This document shows, piece after piece, positions 9,017 through 19,900 of a stretch of 64,000 nt of DNA. The translations under genes were made by a program, and so were the position numbers. How positions within the stretch are numbered: the stretch's first letter is position 1; every line of letters starts with the position of its first letter. The notes below the pieces were generated by a model. The model was given only the letters and a program-made list of their open reading frames with translations. It was not told where the DNA came from and searched no databases. Origin of the DNA: a virus (Duplodnaviria; Caudoviricetes); IMG/VR virus record IMGVR_UViG_3300005077_000489, positions 64,001 through 128,000 of that record. One strand, written 5' to 3'.

Positions 9017-9703
9017 ATGGCAGACAAGAAGAATAAAGAAGAGAAAGAACTCATGGATATTTTTGAAGACAAGCGTTCATTCATCCATAATGGTGAAAAG
9101 TATTATATTGACAATGCTGATTTTAACACCATTCGCGGTGCCGACTGGCATTATGCACAGACCTTTAATGAGGCTATGTCACTCGGTATTATGACGGTTG
9201 CCCAGATGCAGAATGTTTTGATAGCCCGCGGAGTGATCGGAAAGGAGTGGGAGGAAAAGCGACAAAAGATACTTACAACTATCGATGAGAAGACTGCGGA
9301 ATTAAATGAAGCTAAAGATAGAGATTCAAAACTACAGTTAGCTACTGAATTGAAAGAGTTAAGAGATGAATTATTCAGGCACAACCAGATTGCTTCCAGT
9401 CCGACATCCCAGGCTGCAGAGAATCTAGCAGACGACGCCCGTGTAGAGTTTCTTACTTCTGCTATGATAAAGGATTCCGACGGTAAGAGTGTATGGCAGT
9501 CTTACGAAGATTTTAAGACTAGCGAAGGCGAGAAAATGGCTCTAGCAATGAGGTCTCGTTATGAGGTGATGCTTTATCTCTCTGGAATGTCCAGTAATTT
9601 CATGGACTTACTACCAGAATCTAAAGCGATGAAGGATTTAGAGGAAGAAGATAGGTTGTTGGAAGACGCACCTAAGGATGAAGGTCCTAAAAAGAAAAAG
9701 TAA
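9017..9703 (+). CDS. Putative tail assembly chaperone
   Basis: Charged helical protein two genes upstream of the TMP; AGGAGG RBS. Confidence 0.55.
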   Translation: MADKKNKEEKELMDIFEDKRSFIHNGEKYYIDNADFNTIRGADWHYAQTFNEAMSLGIMTVAQMQNVLIARGVIGKEWEEKRQKILTTIDEKTAELNEAKDRDSKLQLATELKELRDELFRHNQIASSPTSQAAENLADDARVEFLTSAMIKDSDGKSVWQSYEDFKTSEGEKMALAMRSRYEVMLYLSGMSSNFMDLLPESKAMKDLEEEDRLLEDAPKDEGPKKKK

Positions 9704-9723
9704 TTTCTGTATGGTGTCTAATT

Positions 9724-9750
9724 AGGGTAGCCCGGGCGGCTACCCTTTCC
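9724..9750 (+). terminator. Hairpin between the two chaperone-like genes (weak intrinsic terminator/attenuator)
   Basis: AGGGTAGCC (9724-9732), loop CGGGC, GGCTACCCT (9738-9746), followed by only a short T run. Confidence 0.4.
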
Positions 9751-9768
9751 ACATAAAAGGAGGGGCAT

Positions 9769-10878
9769 ATGTCTATAGCCTGGTCTATAGAGGAACTACA
9801 ATCGCACATTGATGAAGTTACAACGGGCGAAAAAATTATTCCTATAGAACTGTCAGGTAGGGACACCCCTCATTATATACTAGTAAAATACCCAAATAGA
9901 AAAATTTTAAGATTATCAGAAATTGAATATGATAAGTATATATATACTGCTGCCCGGTTAGGTGTAAGAACTGAAGCAGAGATGGAAAAGCTTATTCGTG
10001 AAAAGGGTATTTGGACCGAGGATGATGATGAAATTGTTGCTGAATTAATGGAGAGACTAAATAAGTGGAAGAATAAGATAGTTAATCCGGATGTGACTGA
10101 GAATACTAAAAAGCTAGGATTGGAGTTGATCGCCAAAACAGAGGAGGATATATATCAAGCAGAAAAGAAGAAAGATGTTGCGATGCAAAATACTGCTGAA
10201 CGGCGTGCACGCTCCGCTAAATATGACTTTCTAGTTTGGGCATCTAGCTACAGACCAGAGACGGATGAAAGACTTTATGATAATTATCTAACCTACTGTG
10301 AAGAGGTAGATAGTGAATTAAGGAATAAACTTTTAGGTGAATTCATAAAATTCTATCTGGTCGGTCATACGACTGAAGAAATTCGTTATATTGCTAGAAG
10401 TAATCTTTGGAGGATACAATACGTTTCGGCACAAAAGGCTAATATGCCTTTATTCCCAAATTCAATAAGGGAGCTGACTCCGTTCCAATTGAATTTGATT
10501 TGGTGGTCATCTTATTATCAGTCTATTTATGAACTGTTGCCCGATGATCAACCTGAAGATTACATTATAGAAGATGATGAATCTCTTGATAAATATATGG
10601 AAGACTTGCATAAGGAACGGTCTAAGGACAGAGCCACAAGGCGGGCGGAAAAGAAATACGGTGCTAATACGGCGATGAAGATGCAAACAGCCTTAGTTAT
10701 GAAATCTAATCCTGATTATTGGGATTATGACTACGATGCTGCTAATCCTATTACTAAAAAAGGTCAGTCCAACATTACTTTAATGGACGACCCTAAAAAT
10801 AAGGCTCAAGCCTTTAAGAAAACAAAAGGCATACAACGTAGTCGAAAATATACCGCCCCTAAAAATGAAGACGAATAG
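9769..10878 (+). CDS. Putative second tail assembly chaperone (pre-TMP protein)
   Basis: Immediately upstream of the TMP; C-terminal WWSSYYQSIYEL.PDDQPEDYIIEDDESLDKY pattern is like pre-TMP proteins of large phages. Confidence 0.55.
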   Translation: MSIAWSIEELQSHIDEVTTGEKIIPIELSGRDTPHYILVKYPNRKILRLSEIEYDKYIYTAARLGVRTEAEMEKLIREKGIWTEDDDEIVAELMERLNKWKNKIVNPDVTENTKKLGLELIAKTEEDIYQAEKKKDVAMQNTAERRARSAKYDFLVWASSYRPETDERLYDNYLTYCEEVDSELRNKLLGEFIKFYLVGHTTEEIRYIARSNLWRIQYVSAQKANMPLFPNSIRELTPFQLNLIWWSSYYQSIYELLPDDQPEDYIIEDDESLDKYMEDLHKERSKDRATRRAEKKYGANTAMKMQTALVMKSNPDYWDYDYDAANPITKKGQSNITLMDDPKNKAQAFKKTKGIQRSRKYTAPKNEDE

Positions 10879-10902
10879 AAGAGGTTATGGAGTTCTTAGA
10901 CT

Positions 10903-13900
10903 GTGGCAGAAGAATACACCTTTAATATAAAGTTAAAAATAGATGTGGATGATTCTAAGGTATATAAACTAAAAGAATTGTCTGACAAGACTAATGATGT
11001 ACTACGTAACATAAATATGTCCCATGTGAAGGGACTTGGCTCTAGTATGTCTTTTGGGACCAGTGATAAAGACATTCAAGTTTTTAATCGTATCAAACAG
11101 GAAGTACAGAACCTAGAGGGTTATATAGATAGATTAAAGTCTGATCGAATGTTTACTCCCGCCTATATTGATGATGCCACTAAAAAGTTTTCCAAAGATT
11201 ATGATAGAAAGCAACTCAAAGAAGATTTAAAAAAAGAAATGCAGATGGAGCGGGATAGGTTATACCACTCCATTACCCATGCTACAGACAGTATGAAACG
11301 TAGTTTAGAGCAGCAGAGAAAAGAATTTATCGACTTACATAATACCTTAAAGCAAATTAAAAAACCTACCGATATATCTACATTTTCTGGTGAGCGTGTA
11401 ACTCTCAGACCAGAAAGAAGTCTGAAGGAAATGACAGCCCCTGATATTTTTACTCGTGATCTGGAATTAATGATAAATAAATTACTCTTAAAACCGAAGG
11501 CAGAATTAGGGAAAGAAATATTAAAAGTAAAAGAATACATGGATGACGTCTATTCAGAGATTAATACTGCCTTAGATAAGGTGGGTTATGAGTCACATCG
11601 TAGGGCTCAAGAAGAGGTTGGTAGGCTCCGCTTGAAAATAGAGGGACTTGCTACCGCAGGGGATATAGACCAGATAACACGTAATGTAGAATCTTCATTA
11701 AAAAGCGGGGATTTATTAAACCAAGTTAAAAAAATGCGTGAAGAGATAGTGAAAGCATCCACCGAGTTTGCTAAGGAACTGGGTGATGAGACGGATAAAA
11801 CTAGAAAGTCCTTTGCTAATTTTCAACGTAGTATTATTTTTGCCTTTAACAAACCGCAGTTCTTTGACCCCGCTGGAGAACTGTTCAGGGATGTGCAGTC
11901 ACTCAGCCAACGTAAAGGAATTGGTTCCCCTTACGGCGGTCGTTACGTTGGTGCTCCTAGGATTAAGTTTGATGAGGGCGGAATAGCCAAATATGAACTA
12001 TTTGATGTAAAGGCATTGGCAAGAGAAACTGCTAAATTAATGTCAGTAGCCGGGTTAAAGCAAGCCTTGAAGGCTGACCTAGATAGTTCCCTGCAAGATG
12101 CCTTGAACAAATATTTGGATGCTAATAAAATTTCTAAGAAAATAGAAACACTAGTTTCTTATTCTATTAAAGACCTGCAAAAGATACAACTAGATTTGCT
12201 CCGCTTTGCCGAAAAAGAAGTGGCTAGGCGAATTGGTGATGAAGAAACCAAGAGGCGTATAGAAGTATTTAATAAATATTTAGAGAGTATAACAAAACAG
12301 GCACTAGTCCTCCCTTCTATCGCTAAAAGTTCGCGTGGTGCTTCTATTATAAGAGACCCCGAACGTGGAGAATATCTGACTCTCGGTAGATATCTAGAAA
12401 CTAAACCAGGTATTAATGAATTGGATGATAGATTTATCAGACCTTTGTTAGACTATGTTAAACGTATGAATTATCGTACACAAGATATTCCGTCGCAAGT
12501 GAAAAATATTCAACGTACTGTTAAGGATTTCTGGGTAAGATCCCGCCCACAAGAAGAGCATGGTGTTGGGGTTGGTATGGAGTTAGCCGCCAGAGAAATG
12601 GTCGGTAGGATGAAGACAGCTTTTGATACGGTTGGCTCCTTCCTGGAACAGACTAGAGGACCTAAGGCTAGAAGAGCATTAACCGGAATAGATGAACTTA
12701 AGCAGCAATTCATGGTCGATTATGAGAAAGCACTGCGAGAGGCTGTGCGTGCTACTCACGAACGTGTTGCTAAAGAAGAAATAGTTACCGGGGCTAAAAG
12801 ATTACCCCCTGATTTGGAATCTCGTTTTAGGGAAGCCTTGAATTCTTTACAAGGAAAGGGTCCTAGATACCAATTATTACCAGAGCAAGTTGTTGGTTTT
12901 CTAAGGAAGGAATCTGAGAAAGTAGCACGTCAGATAGAATCTTTACCCATTGATAAATTAGAAGATGAATTAAATCGTATTGGACAGAGAGAGAAGAATG
13001 TAGTAGGTGGTACCGATTATGATGCTAGAGCATGGCAACGTGTCCTAGAGGAATTCAGTAGATACCGAAACGTAGATTTTTACAATATGTTAAATCGTGC
13101 TGCTTCTTATTCGAAAGATAGTATAAATGAATTGGAGAAGATACGTAATAGTTTATCTTCAGCCGGTCGCTTAGGAAATGAATCTTATTTTCAAGAATTA
13201 TTGCAACAACAATTTAAGAAGGTTTTTGACCCTATAAAAGAGAAGGTACCTGAAGAGCACGAAGCCATGCAGAAGCATGAGGTCTACGGTCGCCATAAGG
13301 TAATAACAATCCAGCCAAAAATACCTGGAATAGATGCCGGGCCTAGTTCCTACGGTGTTCCTGTCGATTTACAAGCTCTCAGAAGATTTATTGTTCAGAG
13401 AAATCTTGACATGGAAGAACTCTTTGAGAAGGAATATCTGAGGGGTACTGAAGCAGCCATGCGTAAATTAGGTACAACTATTGAGCGTCTTGCTACGGTT
13501 GGATTAAACGAAGCGGCAGCCGCAGGTAAACGAGATTTTGGTGATAAATTCATGGAATCTTTTTTCAGGGGTAAGAGATTACAACCTTTTGCTTCTTATG
13601 ACCCTAGGGAGACCGAGGCTTTTGGTTATTCTATAAACCCAGCTCGCCCCACCGGGGCAGCATGGGACTCCTTGGCTGGTCCAGAGTTTAATGCTATACG
13701 TTCTCGCAAAGCTCATAAATTTATCCGTAGCGGAGAGTGGGGACCGTACGGGACTGGTTTAAATGTTACTACAGTTCTTAAAGATGTTTCTGCTGGTTAT
13801 GAAGATTTATATGAGATAGGTAAAAGGTTACAGGAATTAGCTACGTTTAAATTTAAAAAACTTGTGGTTCCTAACTTGAAAGGCACAGAGGAAGAATTAA

Positions 13901-16900
13901 AAAATAGCGTTGTAAAGTATCTGCAAGAGGTTGGTCATGATATTTTTGGTGCTCCAATTAAATCTAAAGAACTAGCTGATGAAACTTATATAAAGGATAT
14001 AGTTAAGAGATGGGCACAGTCTCCTCAGGGTCCTATAGAAGAAAATATTGTTGAATTAATAAATACCTATTTGGGTCATGAAGCACGTAAGATTTCTACC
14101 GGTCAAGTTCTTAAGGGTGTAGCCTCTACAGCCTTTACTAGATTCGGTACAGAAGTAGAGGAATCGGTCAGGGAAAAAGCTAAAAAAGGATTGTATCCAA
14201 AGATAAAATTTATGGATGTGGGTGAATTATCAGATGTTCCTAAATCATTTGAAGAATTGATATCTGAGTTATTGTTGGTTCGAAAAGATTTAGACCCAGC
14301 AAAAGTTTCTAAGGCTCTAGAGATGATAAAAGGAACTCAAAATATGATTATGATGTCTTCTGACCATTTAAAACAATTAAAAATTAGTCCTATAGAATAT
14401 GGTACTGGTAGAATAATGGGGGAGGATGCTCCGAGCCTAGAGGAGCGTCGTAATTTTGTTGGTAACTTACTTGGTATAAATTTGACCTCAAAAGAAGCTC
14501 TAAGGAGTGCAGGAGATATTACTGCTCAAGTTAAAATGTTAGAGCAAGATATGGAGAGAATAAGAAGGCTATATAAAGAATCTACTGGTGGAGATTTAAA
14601 TAAAGAGGTTCCAGTAGACCTACGGATACTAGCCTCCGGGATAGGGAAGAAGTCACGTATGATCGGGGGTAACTTAGCAGAGATTATCGCAAATAATATT
14701 ATAGGAAACCTACGTTCCAGACCTTTAGAAGGTGAGACGTTAATGGAACAGATACAAAGGTCTCCCCTTGCTAAGGTTCTTGTGGAGAACACCGCCTCTG
14801 GTCGCGAAGTTATGAAATTGGCAGAACTATATAAGGGGGCTTTAGGATTACGTGGGAAGTATGGCGAAGAGTTTATATATAAACAAAATGATGCATTAGA
14901 AAAAGCGGTTGCAGGAATGATGCATGTTATGATTATGAAAGAACCTAAAGGGTGGGTACCTAAAGGTGCGGCCGAATTAGAAGCTGGTTTGTCAAAGATG
15001 ACAATAGATCCGCATGGATGGTTTGGTCTTAAGAAATTGTTTGATCCACAAGGTGCGTTGACACGTGAATTTACCATGCGGGCTTTTCCTGAAGCACGGG
15101 AAGCTGGTGCTTTCTTATCGGCATTTCGTTCATTTGCTAAATTACGTGAAGAAGAGATGACCAGAGCAGTGAAGACGGGAAAAGTTAGAATGGTCGGTGA
15201 AAAGCAATTAGTTGATGAAGACAGAGAAGATTATATTGCTCCTCTTAAAAGAAAGGCGACGGTAGCCGATCTGTCTAGAACTATTTTTGATCCATTTAAA
15301 TACGGACCTTCTATGGCTTTGGAGTTACCGGAGCCATCCGAGGATATGAAACGTTTGATAGAGGAAGAGATTAAAGAAGGAATAAAAAAAGGTATACAAG
15401 TAATGCCGGTCAAACGTTTGGTTGAAATTCCAGAGATTAGTGCACGACAGTATGTGACTTCAGAGACCGGTGAAGTATTACCCTCTACGGTATCCAGGTA
15501 TCTCTCAGAACTGGTGGATGCCACAAGAAAGTATCATATATTAGGTAGCCGAACTAATGATATAAATAAATTAGATATGCAGCGAGAGTTCGTTGGGACC
15601 GCTATTGGAGACTTCTATAATAGGATACATCCTATCAGGGACTTGAGCGTAAAACTTGATTTGCTCAGTAAACTGGAAGAGCAGGTTTTTTCCTTAGTGG
15701 GAAGTAAACCTATGCCACAGTTTTCCGGGAAATCTTCTGTCATCGCTGACGCACAGGACCCGACTAAAGTATGGTTTCCTACTATGTACAGCCGCCTCGA
15801 CGACGAAACAAAGAAATCTTTAGAAGAGGATATGCGTAAAGGTATTTCTATAAAAGATGCTTATAATAAATATTTTAAGGAGTTGGAACAATCAGTTTCT
15901 AATATAAATTTCAGGGCTCGTTTTCTTCGCGACCTTATAACGGGACCTGTAATTTATACTAAAGGAAAAGAGGATATTGGGCGTGAAGTAAAAACAGATA
16001 TATCAGAGGGTAATGATCCCCGCTATCAAAATATTAACCTAGTCCAAGATAAGATGTTATCAGATATTATCACTAACTTCAAACAGTACGAAGCTGAAAC
16101 AGATGCCTACGGGAAAACTATCGGAATAAAGTCTCGTTCTTTATTGGACTTACAGTATAATGAAATAAGACGTAATCTAAAAGAATATTATGATGAATTA
16201 TCTAATATGATATTCGGTAGAGGTATCCTGTCTGATGTAGTTTTGAAGAAGAAGATACCTGCTCTCTACCTGACAGCTCAACAACGACCTTATGACCCTA
16301 GCGAAGCAATAAAATCTGCTATAGACAAGTTAAACAAATTCAAAACAGAGGTTCCCAATGCTGAAGAATTGAAGACGGACTTAGATAAGGCTCTTCGAGA
16401 TGTAGAAACTTTCAAAGTAACAAAACCATCCCAGTGGGTCCGTCCCGGAGAAGTTCGTATAGGCGAGAGAGACCTAAAGGAATTACAAAAAGCGGGAATG
16501 GCTACTCCTGAGTTACAAAAGAGTGTGGATAGTGTTTATGCCTTGATAAATAGGCAGCCTACTACAGATGAATTTAGTTACAAGGCGATGCGGCTTACAG
16601 TGGATGATGCTCTAAAAGACCTGTCTGGAATAGCAGTAGTTCCCGGGTTACCAATAGGCGACTATCCAGTTAGTTCTAAGATGGAAGAGGCTTACAAAGC
16701 GTTAGAGGATTTACGTAGCAAAAAAGTTAAGGCTATAGAAGAAGAACTTTCTAAGTCTAAAGGTAAAATGACTTCTACTGTCACTAAGTTGCAGAGGGAT
16801 ATAGATGAGATAGACCGAGCGTCCAAGGACTTGCGGCCTATGTACCATGAAGCCTCTTTGGGTTTAGATTATGACGGAGATATGATTTCTATTCATGCTG

Positions 16901-19900
16901 CTACTGTAAAAGAAGCAAATGAGGAATTGAAGAGAATTCATGATATGCAGATGAAAGAGTATGGAACCACTAGAAGATTTTTGCATGAACAACTTAGTTA
17001 TGTTCCAGAATCAAAACGTTCTATGGGTGCCAAAGGTACTGAATTATCCGATGAAGAAATTATGGCTGTAGAAAAAATGCGAAGAAGTGCCTCTCCTACA
17101 TGGCAAGAGATGGACATTGTGAGTGACATTTCTAAGCAAGCTAAGAAGAATTTGTTAGATATCCATGCTACTACTCTTCCCGAGATAGCAGAAGATTCAT
17201 TAAAGCACTTTGTACACAAGGTTGATATGGGACAAGGTTATGAGGCTTTTAACCGTATAGGTTTCTTGTATCGTGGTGCCACGGCTAAGGATTTGGGTAT
17301 TACCCCTAAATTACATGAAACTTATAATTTATTATTAGGAGAGTTTTTGCGTGATACAATCCAAAAAGTCATAGGTGGAAAACACGGTTCGGCTGGTTCG
17401 GATATGAGTCCTATAGTGCAACAAGCTTTTTTCACTGGAAATATAGACGCGGTAGTAGATGCCCTGGACAAAGGGGATGGCGGTTGGGGAAGTTTTAAAG
17501 GTCAATCTGGTAGTAATCAACCACTATTTCAAGAGATAGAAGATAATTTAAGAGAATATCGTTTAAGATATCTGAAGCCAATGTCTAGAGATCAAGTAAA
17601 GAAGGAAGCCGAGTCCTATGGTATTTCCACATTTATGAAAGGTAGGGAACAACTAATAGAAGAGATAGTAGGTAAAACCTCTTTCAGAGCGATGTTTGAG
17701 AATGTATTTGACCAAGTAAGACGTATGGCAGTGGCTAATATAAAAGAATTATATCGTACAGGATTGGCAGGAGATTCTTCCTTATCTAAAAAGGGCTCCA
17801 TGGGCCTCGCCAAATTATTGGCTGGTACTGAGGGGTTCGAAGGAGAGACACTACAGACCTTAGGATTAAGAACTAAATTTAAATTTAATGAAGGAGACTT
17901 TGAGGCATTTGTAGACAAACAAGATGTTACTGATAAGATAATGGGAGTGTTGAAGGATAAATTAGGTAATGTCTCCAAACAGGAGATGGCTTTTCAAATA
18001 GCCGCAGCTGGAGAAGGGATTGCCAAGGTTCTACGTGGAGAACCCGGGAAACTAAAGACAGAGATAATAGAGCCAGGGTTTAGTACCGCTGGATTATATC
18101 GCGGTTTACAACCCATGTATAAACTGAAATCTTCCGGCGGGGCGGAGATGGCTGTTAGTTCTTATTCTAAACGCTCCGAAGGAGAAAATCAGTATACCCC
18201 CGGTGGTCCTGCCCTTTCTTATGCAGAAGTATTAGATTATGTATTGCGTAATAAGGCAGGAAAAAATATAGAAGTAGGTCCTTCTTTAGGTACCTTCACT
18301 AACCCGAGAGAGCAAAAAGCCTATGAATTTGTAAGTCCTGCTATTCAAGCCTACGAGGATTTTGAAAAAGCATATAATAAGATTATGTTGGTAATGGACA
18401 AGAACCTGTATGCCTTGGAGGGATTGCTCGCACAAGTACAGACTTTTGGTAAGGAAACCGCGGGTTTTAAAGGTGAATCTGCCAGAGCTGGTCGTTACGT
18501 AATGTATGATAAGGATACGCAACAAGTCTTCCTGGATTCTGCTGTAAAGTCTGCTTTTGAGGATAATAAGCGTGCTCTTTCTTTGGCTAGAAATGCTGGT
18601 GAGGCTAAAGAGGCGGAAGATAAACTTTTTGATACTGTTAGAAGAGTAAATGAATTATTAAAAAGGGGTGCAGCTTTAAAGTTTATAGATATTGATGAAA
18701 GCAGGAGAGCAGACAACCTCAGAAGTACCATAGATAAACTAGCTGACCCTTCTTCTAGATGGTCATTAAAAGTAGATAGTCTACTAGAGAGAATGGTCTA
18801 TGATAAGAAAGAATTCGGGACATTAATACGTAAGTGGTTAGCAGATGTCGGTCGGGGTGATTTATTAGATAGGAGTAATGTGGAGATAACAGCCGAGTTA
18901 AGGAAGCACAAGGGTATAAGGAAGGAAGCTCTAGAAGAAGCAGCATCTTATATAATTTCTGGTAAGGGTAATATAGCAATTGGTTTGAGACCCTTGATTA
19001 GAGATGCACGTTCCGTGGATATAAAGGAAGAGATATCCAAGGGTCTTATAGGGAAGATAAGATCGGAGGACTTCTCAAAATCTTTCTCACCCTTATTTAT
19101 GGAAAGTTGGAAAGAAGCTGTCATGCGTAATGCACAAACATTAAGTGCTTCGGACTGGAGAAGTATTTATAAGGCTCATCCAGTGTTACGAGATATGCAG
19201 GCTCCTGGTACTTCGTCATATGAAGACGTTATTAAACAGTTACGTTCCGAGGGTATTTATGGTGGTAGTCGTGGGGTCACCCATTTTATAAATAATATAT
19301 TGAAAGAAAGACAAGGACAAATTTTAGAGCACCTTGGCGTGGAGAAACCTGAAGATTGGGAAACCCTTAGACTAAGCCAAGTGGAAAATAAAATGAAATC
19401 CGGTATATTAGAGGCGGCGGAATCTACAAGGTGGCCATTCAGACCCCGTGCCGGTGGAGGGGTATATTTAGAGGATATATTGGACAAACCGGTTCACAAA
19501 GTTAGAGAAGATGTGGAAAACATATTTGATAGTGCTTTTGACCTATCCCCGGAAGACTGGAAACAAATATTTAACTTTGATGAAAAGGCACAAAAAATAG
19601 CGATGAATGCTGAAGAGCCCCTGAAGGCTTTATATGAAGCCGGTATGTACGGTGAAAATCGTGGATACACAAGATACATTAATATGATATTTAAGAAACG
19701 TATGGAGCATATTCTAAATGAATTAGGGCAGGAAGCCCCTGATTTCTATACCATGCGTTTCCAAAAATCTAAACAAGAGTTTCTTAGTTCTCTCGAAGAA
19801 GCAGCATTGGATAATTTATTAAAAGGAACTCCGTCAACCGGAGGACCTTTTGGTGGTAAGCGGTTTACTCCCGGAGAGGCTTTTGGGGAGCGGGCACCAG

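Noticed and set aside
9685-9769. Programmed -1 frameshift joining the two chaperone ORFs (lambda G/GT style) at AAAAAG runs
   Set aside because: The runs have only five A's, the -1 frame hits TAA at 9754 before the second ORF, and the second ORF has its own AGGAGG RBS.
13756-16896. Host rpoB-rpoC fusion (cellular RNAP)
   Set aside because: Only the barrel cores are recognisable, with heavily diverged motifs (DYDGD rather than NADFDGD), no beta' zinc finger Cys, and the domains are embedded in a TMP in phage context.
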